Shown here piece by piece: positions 53,736-62,537 of a stretch of 64,000 nucleotides of DNA. Under the pieces are notes generated by a model. The model was not told the origin of the DNA. It made no database searches and worked only from the letters and a program-made list of their open reading frames with translations. The stretch is taken from NCBI GenBank assembly GCA_030646995.1, contig JAUSKF010000005.1, positions 11,323-75,322 of the forward strand, given 5' to 3'. Both the position numbers and the translations under genes were made by a program. This DNA is from a bacterium. Its GTDB lineage: Bacteria; Patescibacteriota; Minisyncoccia; UBA6257; WO2-44-18. Numbering within the stretch: the first letter of the stretch is position 1; each line of letters begins with the position of its first letter.

Positions 53736-53808
53736 CGCGGGGTAGAGAAGCAGTTATCTCGTCAGGCCCATAACCTGAAGATCGGGGGTGCAACTCCCTC
53801 CCCCGCAA
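53736..53808 (+). tRNA. Putative initiator-like tRNA (anticodon CAT) with atypical features
   Basis: Hand fold: C1-A72 mismatch, A11:U24 in D stem GAGA/TCTC, anticodon stem TCAGG/CCTGA with loop CCCATAA (C33), T arm GGGGG-TGCAACT-CCCTC (G55). Terminator AAGTCGCCC-AATG-GGCGAT plus T follows. Confidence 0.4.
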
Positions 53809-53859
53809 CTAGTAAAGACAAAAGTCGCCCAATGGGCGATTTTTGTTATAATCTAATCA

Positions 53860-54585
53860 ATGAGTAAAATAATTATTGCGAACTGGAAATTAAATCCTTC
53901 TTCTCCGGTGGATGCCGAGAAGTTGGCGAAAGAAAGTGATTTGAAGGGTTTGGTAATCGCCCCGCCGTTTCCATTTTTGGAATTCGTGGCCGCTATTATA
54001 AAAAAAGCCACACTGGGCGCCCAAGATTTATTTTGGGAAGATGCGGGCGCATATACTGGAGAGGTTTCGGGAGCGCAGCTGAAAGCGTTGGAAGTTGAGT
54101 ATGTAATAATTGGCCACTCCGAGCGTCGTAAGAATCTAGGCGAGACGGATGAAATGGTGGCGAAAAAAGTGGGCGCCGCCGTGAAAGATGGACTCAAGCC
54201 GATTATCTGCGTCGGTGAGACTCGTGAGCAGAAAGATAAGAATAAGACCGCGGAGATAGTGGAGCAGGAAGTTCGCATCGGACTTTCCCGAGTCTCGGGC
54301 ACCAAAGAAGAAATAATCGTGGCCTATGAGCCGATTTGGGCGATTGGTACCGGCACTCCGGATACGCCGGAGAATATGTTGAAAATGGTAAAGTTAATAA
54401 AAGAAGTGGCCGCGAAGATGGATATAACAAATGTGCGATGTATCTATGGTGGCTCCGTGAATGGTCAGAATGCGGAAGACTTCCTCAAGCATCCGGAAAT
54501 AGAAGGCGCCCTTGTCGGAGGAGCAAGCCTGAAAAGTGAAGAAATTATAAAAATAATAGAAATAGCAAAAAAATATGCCCGGTAG
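53860..54585 (+). CDS. tpiA: Triosephosphate isomerase
   Basis: IIANWKLN, VIIGHSERR, YEPIWAIGTG and GGASLK motifs. Confidence 0.95.
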   Translation: MSKIIIANWKLNPSSPVDAEKLAKESDLKGLVIAPPFPFLEFVAAIIKKATLGAQDLFWEDAGAYTGEVSGAQLKALEVEYVIIGHSERRKNLGETDEMVAKKVGAAVKDGLKPIICVGETREQKDKNKTAEIVEQEVRIGLSRVSGTKEEIIVAYEPIWAIGTGTPDTPENMLKMVKLIKEVAAKMDITNVRCIYGGSVNGQNAEDFLKHPEIEGALVGGASLKSEEIIKIIEIAKKYAR

Positions 54586-54705
54586 CTACAAGTTGGATAA
54601 TTTTCCGATTTAGCCGCTGGATGTTAAATAAAAATATGAAGAATAAAAAACAAATCATTTACAAAGTCGCAGTCAATATAAACAATTCAATTTGTAGCAC
54701 CGGGT

Positions 54706-55476
54706 ATGCCAAATAAATTCGAACAATCAAAAGTATACTTCTGGCCGATACTCAATGTCCTGTTAATAGTAGGAATCTTATTCTTATTGGTTATTGGTAA
54801 ATCAATTTGGAAGCAGAGCGCTTCTTTGTATCCGGCCCGCACAATCAACGTGTCCGCTGAAGGGAAAACTACAGTTGCCCCGGATTTGGCGACTTTGTCG
54901 TTCTCGGTAGTTTCGCAGGGAAAAGATCCGGTAAAACTTCAGGAGGACAACAATACTAAAATCAACAACGCCTTGGATTTCGTGAAGGCACAGGGAATAG
55001 ACGCGAAGGACATCAAAACTTCCAATTACAATCTTTCCCCGAACTATCACTGGGATGAAAAAACCCGCGTCAATTCTATTGACGGATATACCCTAAACCA
55101 ATCGGTGGTCATCAAGGTGCGTGACCTAGCTAAAGTTGCCGTTCTCCTTGGCGGCTTGCCATCCTTAGGAATCAATCAGATCGGCGGAGTGGACTTTTCT
55201 ATTGATGATCAGGATAAATTCCTGAATGAAGCCCGCGAGGAAGCTTTCGCGAAAGCTCGCGCAAAAGCTGAGGCGATGGCAAAGTATGGCGGCACCAGGC
55301 TTGGTAAGGTGGTGACGTTCAGTGAGAGCGGCGGAGGATATCCGTATCCGATGTACTACGCCAAAGAGGCAAGCATGGGAATGGGCGGTGATATGGGGAT
55401 GCCTCCGGCGCCAAGAATCGAGCCGGGCAGTCAGGAAGTCACTGTGAATGTGAATGTGGTTTACGAAATTTGGTAG
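54706..55476 (+). CDS. SIMPL-domain (DUF541/YggE-like) periplasmic protein
   Basis: N-terminal TM anchor and the characteristic two-lobed SIMPL pattern (VSAEGKTTVAPD..., ...GYTLNQSVVIKVRD...). Confidence 0.7.
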   Translation: MPNKFEQSKVYFWPILNVLLIVGILFLLVIGKSIWKQSASLYPARTINVSAEGKTTVAPDLATLSFSVVSQGKDPVKLQEDNNTKINNALDFVKAQGIDAKDIKTSNYNLSPNYHWDEKTRVNSIDGYTLNQSVVIKVRDLAKVAVLLGGLPSLGINQIGGVDFSIDDQDKFLNEAREEAFAKARAKAEAMAKYGGTRLGKVVTFSESGGGYPYPMYYAKEASMGMGGDMGMPPAPRIEPGSQEVTVNVNVVYEIW

Positions 55477-56126
55477 TCACGATGCAGCTTAAGACCTCTG
55501 ATGGAGTGAATATCGCCTATGACTGGTATCCCGCCAAAACACCGGCGGGATATTTAGTTTTGGTTCATATGATGCCGGCGACGAAAGAATCATGGAAAGA
55601 GTTTGCGGAAGCGGTGCAGAAAGAAAATTTCTCGAGTATCGCCATCGATCTCCGCGGTCACGGGCAGTCCGATGCCGGTCCGCAGGGATACAACGCCTTT
55701 GCCGACGAAGAACATCAGCAAAGCATTAAAGATCTGGAGGCGGCGCTGGATTTTTTGAAAACCCAAGGCGCAGAATCCGAAAAAATTACTTTAGCCGGCG
55801 CATCAGTCGGATCAAACCTCTGCATTTGGTATTTATCGGAGCATCCGGAGATCAAATCTGCGGTGGCGCTTTCTGCGGGGGAGAGTTACCGCGGAATTCA
55901 TATCTTGCCGATGTTGGCGAAGCTCCAATCTGACCAGAAGTTGTTAATGTTTGCGAGTGAAGACGATGTAAGAAGTGGGGGGAGTAATGCGTCAGTTAAT
56001 AAGAGGCTTATAGAAGCTGTTCCGGAAGGAGTCGGCCGGGAGTTGGCTGTCTTCGCTACCGGCGGGCATGGCACAGATTTCTTGCCACAGGCCACCGCGA
56101 AGATTTTGGAATTTCTGAAGAGTTGA
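55470..56126 (+). CDS. Alpha/beta hydrolase family protein
   Basis: Nucleophile elbow GASVG, HG-like LVLVHMM oxyanion region, C-terminal His (GGHGTDF). Confidence 0.6.
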   Translation: MVVTMQLKTSDGVNIAYDWYPAKTPAGYLVLVHMMPATKESWKEFAEAVQKENFSSIAIDLRGHGQSDAGPQGYNAFADEEHQQSIKDLEAALDFLKTQGAESEKITLAGASVGSNLCIWYLSEHPEIKSAVALSAGESYRGIHILPMLAKLQSDQKLLMFASEDDVRSGGSNASVNKRLIEAVPEGVGRELAVFATGGHGTDFLPQATAKILEFLKS

Positions 56127-56209
56127 GTATACTTCATATTATAAAAAGGTCCCCACACATAAAGGAGTGGAGTTATGTATGGGACAAGTCGAAAATAAAA
56201 AATAAAAAA

Positions 56210-57214
56210 ATGATTAAAAAAATAATTGTCAGTTTCAGTTTGGTGGCGGCAATGGTTGCCCCGGCTTTGGTTCGTGGAGAAGAAGTGGGCGCGGCTGTCA
56301 ATGTCGGGGTAAGAGCGGAAGTCAAAGCGGACATTCGCGATCTTAAGTCAGATTTAGAAATGCAGGTTAAGGCTTTGCAAGAAAGAGCCGCGCGTGAAGC
56401 GCGCGAAGTTAAGGCGGCGCGTGACGCAGCTTCCGGTCAGGCCACGGGAAAGAGAACGCAGACGGGGACAGAAGTAAAAGCTGAATTTCAGGTTAAGGCT
56501 CCGAGAGATTCGGCCAGCGGACAGGCGACGGGCAAGCGTCAGTACGCGCCGATCAGATTACTTAAGGCCGTTGGCGAGGAAACTCAAGAGATGCGGGCTA
56601 ATCTTCAAGTTGATTTGAAGGCTAGGAGGGAGGTAGTGGCAGAAGAGCTTAAAATGAAGCGTGAAACTTTGCGCGCAGAAATAGAGGTTAAGCGTGAGAG
56701 TATGAAAGCTCAAATAGAGGCCAAGCGCGAACAGCTGAAAGAGCGTTTGAAGGTAGTTCGAGATGAGAAAAAGAAAGAAACTGTGGAGAAAATGGATCGT
56801 CGCTTGGATGAAATCAACAAGAATCGCACCGACCATTATCTGAATGTTTTGGAAAAGTTGAGTAAGGCCGTAGAGAGGATTATCAGCCGCGCCGATAAGG
56901 CCGCGGAGCGTGGTCTTGATGTAGCTGCCGTGCGAACTGCAATTGATGCCGCTGAGGCCGCGATTGCTACGGCAGATGCCGCAGTAAAAGCGCAGGCCGC
57001 GAAGACCTATACGATTACTGTTACCACCGAAGTTGAATTGCGCGCTGCTGTGAAAGCCGCTCACGATGCTTTGAAGGCGGATCTTAGGAAAGTTCATGAT
57101 GTGGTGAAGGCTGCGCATGAAGCTGTCCGTAAAGCAGCTGTTACTTTGGCGCAGATTCCTAGGGTAGACGTAGAAGTTGAGGCGAGCGTCAGCGCAAGCA
57201 CTAATACTCAATAA
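56210..57214 (+). CDS. Secreted Ala/Lys/Glu-rich coiled-coil protein with internal RD.ASGQATGKR repeats
   Basis: Signal peptide MIKKIIVSFSLVAAMVAPALVRG. The tracked ORF starts earlier (56123) but this Met precedes the signal peptide. Confidence 0.4.
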   Translation: MIKKIIVSFSLVAAMVAPALVRGEEVGAAVNVGVRAEVKADIRDLKSDLEMQVKALQERAAREAREVKAARDAASGQATGKRTQTGTEVKAEFQVKAPRDSASGQATGKRQYAPIRLLKAVGEETQEMRANLQVDLKARREVVAEELKMKRETLRAEIEVKRESMKAQIEAKREQLKERLKVVRDEKKKETVEKMDRRLDEINKNRTDHYLNVLEKLSKAVERIISRADKAAERGLDVAAVRTAIDAAEAAIATADAAVKAQAAKTYTITVTTEVELRAAVKAAHDALKADLRKVHDVVKAAHEAVRKAAVTLAQIPRVDVEVEASVSASTNTQ

Positions 57215-57235
57215 AAGCATTAAAAACAAATTACA

Positions 57236-57436
57236 ATGAAAAAAAATCTAGTTTTGATCTTAGTGGCAGTAGCGCTTATCGTATTGGGATTCTGGTATTG
57301 GAATTCCGTTAAGGAAGAAGCAGCCCCGCTTTCCGATGATAATAGCTCCGCCATTAATGCGGAATTGAATGGAGTAGACCTGGGAGATTTGGATGCCGAA
57401 TTCAAGGATATAGAAGCTGAATTAGGCACCCTTTAA
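57236..57436 (+). CDS. Small membrane-anchored acidic protein
   Basis: N-terminal TM helix then an acidic tail. 66 aa. Confidence 0.3.
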   Translation: MKKNLVLILVAVALIVLGFWYWNSVKEEAAPLSDDNSSAINAELNGVDLGDLDAEFKDIEAELGTL

Positions 57437-57440
57437 AGAT

Positions 57441-57986
57441 TTGAAGCAAAGCCAACTTCTAAAACACCTTTTGGTTTTAGCGGTAAGTATAGGCGCGGCA
57501 ATTTTATTGTCGCGCCTTGGCGTTTTTGAGCGGCTTTTGGAATTATCAGGCGGGTTCCAATTGATCGGAATCTTTATCGCTGGATTTTTCTATACTTCCG
57601 CGTTGACCATTGCTCCCGCTACCGTGGCTTTAGCCGAATTGTCGGTGGGTAGTTCTCCTTTGTTGGTGGCGCTGGTGGGCGCGGTAGCGGCTACTATCGC
57701 CGATCTGATTTTGATGACAATCGTGAAAAGGGAAGAGGGGGACGTTGAAGAGGTGCTTCGGCATTATCATCTTTCTCGGGTGCGAAGATTTTCCCATCTA
57801 CCGCTGGTACGGCTGGGCATGGGAATAGTCGGTTTTTTAGCAATCGCCTCGCCTTTGCCGGACGAGCTGGGCCTCGCTTTAATGGGCGCTTCCGGGGTTC
57901 GGCCCACAATATTCGCCGGGTTGTCGTATCTAGCCAACTTTGTCGGGATCTTCGTGCTGTCTTCGGTTGTCCACAGTCTGGTATAG
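57441..57986 (+). CDS. Polytopic membrane protein, hypothetical
   Basis: Five or six hydrophobic segments. Visibly G+C-richer. Confidence 0.35.
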   Translation: MKQSQLLKHLLVLAVSIGAAILLSRLGVFERLLELSGGFQLIGIFIAGFFYTSALTIAPATVALAELSVGSSPLLVALVGAVAATIADLILMTIVKREEGDVEEVLRHYHLSRVRRFSHLPLVRLGMGIVGFLAIASPLPDELGLALMGASGVRPTIFAGLSYLANFVGIFVLSSVVHSLV

Positions 57987-58415
57987 CATTCTCACTCCTC
58001 GGTTTGGTATTATTCTAATTACACAACAAAAACGGCCCTGATCATCGGGGAGCGGATTGAGTAGTGCATTTAATTGCCCTGCGTTGGTTGAAAGGATTAG
58101 GTATGTGGATGTGAGGTCTACGCACATAATCCTTCTGACTGAATTGCAGACCTGCTCGATTTGCTCTTCAACGAAAGGGGCTTTTTTTGTTGATTCGAAC
58201 TTTCCCCTCCCTCAACCCGTTCCGTTTGCTCCTACGGCAAACTCCACTTAACGCTCGCGCTAATCGGGTTTTTGTTAAAGATATATTATACAAAAACCTC
58301 CTAGCCGATTAAGCTCGCTCGGGTTTCGATGATGGCAAAGTTCGAATCAACAACCTGCGGAGTTGTTGATGGGAAATGAAAAACCCCTCGTCTAGCGAGG
58401 GGTTTTGTTTGTACC

Positions 58416-58781
58416 TTAGGCAATTTCTTTCAGATTGAGAACTTCGAGCATTTGCTTGCGGATTTCCAGGTCATAGGAGGTTTCGGGCGCATCCGCAGCT
58501 CTAGCAATCGTATCGGCGGTCCATTGGCTAATGCCCATCTTTTTGGCGGCTTCTAAATAGCGCCTGCAGCCAACCGGTTTACCGCAGCGGCTTGCATAGA
58601 CTTTCGTTATTGGGCAGGCCGAGCCAGGATTACATCCTGCACGCAAGTTTGAGCTGTAGCGACAACCAATAGAGCTCCAGCTTTTTACGATCTTAAACTT
58701 ACCTTTGTGCTTCGCCAGTTCCTTCATGAACTGCGCCATTGTCATTTTTGGCTTTTTCTTGGCCACAACTCTTCCTTTCAA
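58416..58781 (-). CDS. Hypothetical Lys-rich / Cys-rich small protein
   Basis: Eight Cys in C-x-C-like spacing (CRYSSNLRAGCNPGSACP...CGKPVGC). Terminator AACCCCTCG-TCTA-GCGAGGGGTT downstream. Confidence 0.35.
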   Translation of the reverse strand: MKGRVVAKKKPKMTMAQFMKELAKHKGKFKIVKSWSSIGCRYSSNLRAGCNPGSACPITKVYASRCGKPVGCRRYLEAAKKMGISQWTADTIARAADAPETSYDLEIRKQMLEVLNLKEIA

Positions 58782-58810
58782 TGAAACCGAATAGATAATA
58801 GCTCAAATCT

Positions 58811-59896
58811 TTGTTTTTGTCCAGTCGGCGGTCTTCGGTGTATAGTAAGCATATGGACTTCGTCTCTATTGGAATCATTATCGCCGTTCTAGTTGCCGGG
58901 TTTGTCGTTCTTTATGTTGCCCTCAAGCCAAAAGAGAAGGCGCCTGACCAGAGCATGTCGATGCTTCAGAATCAGATTCACGAGATTGGGAGGGTTTTGG
59001 ATACGAGGTTGAGCGAATCTAACCGCGCCATGCAGAACCAGTCGGGCGCAAGCGCCAAATTATTTGGCGATGTGAATGCCAAACTCGCTGTGGTGGAGGA
59101 GACTTCCCGTCAGACACTGGCGATGAATGAGCAGATTAAAAAACTTCAAGATACGCTCACCAATCCGAAACAACGCGGCATTTTAGGAGAATATTTCTTG
59201 GAAACAGTTTTAAAGAATGTATTACCGCCGGGTTCTTATCAAATGCAATACTCGTTTAAAGACGGCGTAATTGTGGACGCGGTGGTATTCGTGGATAAAC
59301 GAATTATTCCGGTAGATTCTAAATTCAGTTTAGAAAATTATAATCGCTTCGCGGCGGCAACCGATCCTTCGGAAAAGAAAAAACACGAGGCAGCTTTTGT
59401 GGGGGATATTAAAATGCGCATTGATGAGACTTCTAAATATGTGAAGCCAACGGAAGACACGATGGATTTTGCTTTCATGTTTATTCCATCGGAGGCGATT
59501 TATTATGATTTGCTTATCAATAAAGTTGGTTCCAGCGCAGAAGATAAAAATCTGATTGCTTATGCCTTTCAGAAAAAAGTGATTATCGTGTCGCCGACTT
59601 CTTTCCTCGCTTATCTGCAAACAGTTTTGCAGGGGCTTCGTAATCAGAAAATTTCCGAAGAGGCGAAGCATATTATTAAACAGGTGGATAACTTGAGAAA
59701 GCATCTGATTACTTATGAAGATTATTTCGGAAAAATCGGCAAGAATCTGGGAACTACGGTGAGCATGTATAACCACGCCTACAAAGAATTCGGGAAGATA
59801 GATAAGGATGTGTTGAAAATTACCGATAAAGGGATGGAGGTTGAGCCGCAATTAGTGGAAGCTCCCGCTATTGAAGAAAAAGAGGGGCTGTTCTAA
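58811..59896 (+). CDS. rmuC: DNA recombination protein RmuC
   Basis: N-terminal TM, long coiled-coil, conserved RmuC C-terminal nuclease-like region (FMFIPSEAIYYD...VIIVSPTSFLAYL). Confidence 0.8.
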   Translation: MFLSSRRSSVYSKHMDFVSIGIIIAVLVAGFVVLYVALKPKEKAPDQSMSMLQNQIHEIGRVLDTRLSESNRAMQNQSGASAKLFGDVNAKLAVVEETSRQTLAMNEQIKKLQDTLTNPKQRGILGEYFLETVLKNVLPPGSYQMQYSFKDGVIVDAVVFVDKRIIPVDSKFSLENYNRFAAATDPSEKKKHEAAFVGDIKMRIDETSKYVKPTEDTMDFAFMFIPSEAIYYDLLINKVGSSAEDKNLIAYAFQKKVIIVSPTSFLAYLQTVLQGLRNQKISEEAKHIIKQVDNLRKHLITYEDYFGKIGKNLGTTVSMYNHAYKEFGKIDKDVLKITDKGMEVEPQLVEAPAIEEKEGLF

Positions 59897-59931
59897 ACTT
59901 TTCCTTGGCACTTTATACATAAGGAGATTGT

Positions 59932-60405
59932 ATGCCTCAGATGAAAATCGAGAGCGGTCCGATGATGAATCAGGTAAAGTTGACGACTTCCGCTGAAGAA
60001 CTTTTTGAGCAGGGTAAGTATGATCTTTTTAATTTCAATATCCCATTTTCGGCGTTTCCCCGCGAAACAGTAATTCTGGCTGGAGAAGATGCGGTACGGG
60101 AAGTTCGCGCTGATGATGCTTGGCTTCTGGTTTGCGACACCGATCTGAAGGGCGATGACGCGAGAAGGATGATTGATGAGCTTGGTTTCAAGCCCAGAGG
60201 CGTACGTGAAATTTTGTGCCTCGGCATAAACTATCCAGAGGAGCAGATGCGGCGGCCGATTGTGGCCATCAAAGATACCAGCGGTTATCACGCTTATCTC
60301 TATGGCGATGAGTGCGAGAAGGCGATGAAGCGCCGCAAGATTTATGTTGGCTCGACCAGTGACTACTGGGAATCCGGTTGTCGGTTCTTGTGCGTAAAGA
60401 AGTAA
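59932..60405 (+). CDS. Hypothetical protein (G+C-richer orphan)
   Basis: SD AAGGAG. Terminator CAACCGCC-ATTC-GGCGGTT plus T-run at about 60408-60440. Confidence 0.35.
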   Translation: MPQMKIESGPMMNQVKLTTSAEELFEQGKYDLFNFNIPFSAFPRETVILAGEDAVREVRADDAWLLVCDTDLKGDDARRMIDELGFKPRGVREILCLGINYPEEQMRRPIVAIKDTSGYHAYLYGDECEKAMKRRKIYVGSTSDYWESGCRFLCVKK

Positions 60406-60457
60406 TTTTTTCAACCGCCATTCGGCGGTTTTTTGTTTTTGTAATAAAGTTAAGTGG

Positions 60458-61153
60458 ATGCAAGAACTAATCGCAAAAAGGCGACAACAGGTTTTACATG
60501 ATGAAAAATGGCAAAAGTTTTTAAATCGTGCCCGGCTTTTCCGGTTTATTCCATTTGTTGATTTAGCTCTGGCGGCCGGCTCGATGGCGGTAGGAAATGT
60601 GGGTCCGCAATCAGATTTTGACGTAATCGTCGGCGCCAGGCTCGGGCGGATTTTTACCGCCAGATTTTTTGCGGTGCTGGCTTTTGGAATTTTCGGCTGG
60701 CGGAGAAAAAAATTAAGCCACAAAGAAGCGGCGGCGGATAAGATTTGCCTGAATCATTTTGTGACCGAGCGGGCCTATCGGTTGTCTGGTCCGCATGATG
60801 CCTATTGGAAGAAGCTTTATCAAAACATTGTTCCTCTTTTTGGCTCCGTGGAGACAGTGAATAAGTTTTTTTCCGCCAACAATGATTGGGTCGGGGTGCC
60901 TGTAAGTTTCGTGGACGATTTACGCCATAATCGGAGCCGCCGCGCTTTCTTGAGAATCTTCTTGGAAAAATTACTATCCGGTCAGATGGGAATTCTTCTG
61001 GAAAAAGTTCTTCGGAAAATTCAGATAGAGCGAATCGAGCGGGGATTGAAGAACGACCCGCCCGGCTACAAGCCCCGCATTATATATGGAGACGACGAGT
61101 TGGAGTTTCATCCCGATACTAGAAGAATTGAAAAGCTAAACGAAACGTTGTAG
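60458..61153 (+). CDS. Pol-beta-superfamily nucleotidyltransferase-fold protein
   Basis: hG[GS]x9-13Dh[DE] signature: LAAGSMAVGNVGPQSDFDVIV. Rest unassigned. Possible LicD-like or AbiEii/DUF1814-like. Confidence 0.45.
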   Translation: MQELIAKRRQQVLHDEKWQKFLNRARLFRFIPFVDLALAAGSMAVGNVGPQSDFDVIVGARLGRIFTARFFAVLAFGIFGWRRKKLSHKEAAADKICLNHFVTERAYRLSGPHDAYWKKLYQNIVPLFGSVETVNKFFSANNDWVGVPVSFVDDLRHNRSRRAFLRIFLEKLLSGQMGILLEKVLRKIQIERIERGLKNDPPGYKPRIIYGDDELEFHPDTRRIEKLNETL

Positions 61154-61198
61154 CCTGTCTTTAGTTACTCGACACCTTCTACTTCATGAGGAGCCACA

Positions 61199-61654
61199 GT
61201 GGAAGCGTTCAACGTCTCGGAAGATTTGATGGATAAGTGCCTGAAAAAACGGCCCAATCAGCTGAAGTTAATGAGGGCCACCCACAATCATCAACTCGAC
61301 CAAGACGGAGTGGACTTCCTTATCTATTTTAAATTTAAAGACGCTGACGGCACTCTCCAGTTTTTCCCGCTGGCTTTGCCGGTACAGGTGAAGACTTCTG
61401 ATGATGCTAATACGGTCGGGGTCATTTTGCCTCTGCCGGATGCACTTCCCCCAAAGCTGAAAAACCGGATAACACTAAGAAAACTGGGCCGTATACGAAG
61501 GCATCAGGGAAAGCATGGTCACATTTCCTGCATCTTGTTTGTGGGCCGCCCAGCGGACGGGAAAACTGAAGCTGCCATTTTGGAAGACATCTGGCGTGAG
61601 CTGAAGAAGATGAAAGATTTTATCAAAAGGTATCGGTTCCCGCATTTTAAATAA
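61199..61654 (+). CDS. Hypothetical protein co-transcribed with the NTase-fold gene
   Basis: GTG start with SD TGAGGAG. No terminator between it and the upstream gene. Strong terminator ATCTCCCC-ACTG-GGGAGAT plus T7 after it. Candidate motifs GVDFLIY...PVQVK (PD-(D/E)xK-like) and RHQGKH (Rx4H). Confidence 0.4.
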   Translation: MEAFNVSEDLMDKCLKKRPNQLKLMRATHNHQLDQDGVDFLIYFKFKDADGTLQFFPLALPVQVKTSDDANTVGVILPLPDALPPKLKNRITLRKLGRIRRHQGKHGHISCILFVGRPADGKTEAAILEDIWRELKKMKDFIKRYRFPHFK

Positions 61655-61751
61655 TCAAAATCTCCCCCACTGGGGAGATTTTTTTATCTTATTTACTTTT
61701 GCAGAACTGGGAATACAATTAAATCTAGAACTTAGATAAGGAGAGCCTGCA

Positions 61752-62438
61752 GTGAATACTTCACTGACGCGCTTGTCGTGCGCTTTGATCCTTTTTGCAG
61801 TTGCCGGCTGCGCTGCTGTTCCCGTGGCTCCGCCTGTAGCGCTGGAGTCTCGTCATGGATTCACGGTTCGTGGCGACGTGACACAGGAGGTGGTAGATAA
61901 GTTGGATAGGATTTTGGATGATATGGAGCCCGACCCCGTTTCGGCTATTCACTCTGTCGAGGTAACAAAAGATCATTCCAAGTGCGAAGATTGTAGCGCT
62001 TATTGTACGCCGAGCGGCCACATCCTGTTTCTGGATTATTCCGTCAATGCGGCCGACACGGTTTTTCATGAAGTGGCGCACGCGCATCATTTTGCCCGAG
62101 GCTGCCGTAGTCATGTTTGCTCCTGTGGTTTCTGCAGCGAGTGGCGGAGAATTGCTGGTGATGTTTACGGGAAAGGGAAGGATTACCGTTATGGTAAGCC
62201 GGATGATTATCCCGGCTACGGAATGGTCTCTTACTACTCGAGCAAGAGTTACTGGGAGGATGTCGCGGAGATGACCAGTGACGCTTACTGCTACAAGACC
62301 GGCCGAGATTCCGCGCTGCGCCGCCTGAAGGCTGCCGGCGAGCTGGATGAGGACCCGAGATACGGGAAGAAGCTGAAACTGCTCGCCAAGTATGGATTCA
62401 TCAGTCAGAAGTTGTGTGATGAGATTCTAAAGCCTTGA
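61752..62438 (+). CDS. Lipoprotein with HExxH zinc-metallopeptidase motif
   Basis: GTG start after AAGGAGAG. Lipobox FAVAGC. TVFHEVAHAHHF. Cys-rich. Visibly G+C-richer. Confidence 0.45.
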   Translation: MNTSLTRLSCALILFAVAGCAAVPVAPPVALESRHGFTVRGDVTQEVVDKLDRILDDMEPDPVSAIHSVEVTKDHSKCEDCSAYCTPSGHILFLDYSVNAADTVFHEVAHAHHFARGCRSHVCSCGFCSEWRRIAGDVYGKGKDYRYGKPDDYPGYGMVSYYSSKSYWEDVAEMTSDAYCYKTGRDSALRRLKAAGELDEDPRYGKKLKLLAKYGFISQKLCDEILKP

Positions 62439-62537
62439 CTATTTGAAATAGTTAGATTATAATGAATTTATTCACTGATTGGTCGCTCTCCGAGCGGCCA
62501 ATCTTTATAAAAAGTCCAAAATAATAAAAATAAAAAA

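Noticed and set aside
53736-53808. SRP (4.5S) RNA, because of GAAGCAG and GTCAGG words
   Set aside because: The order of the motifs is opposite to SRP RNA helix 8 and no GNRA tetraloop context is present. The cloverleaf with CAU anticodon fits better.
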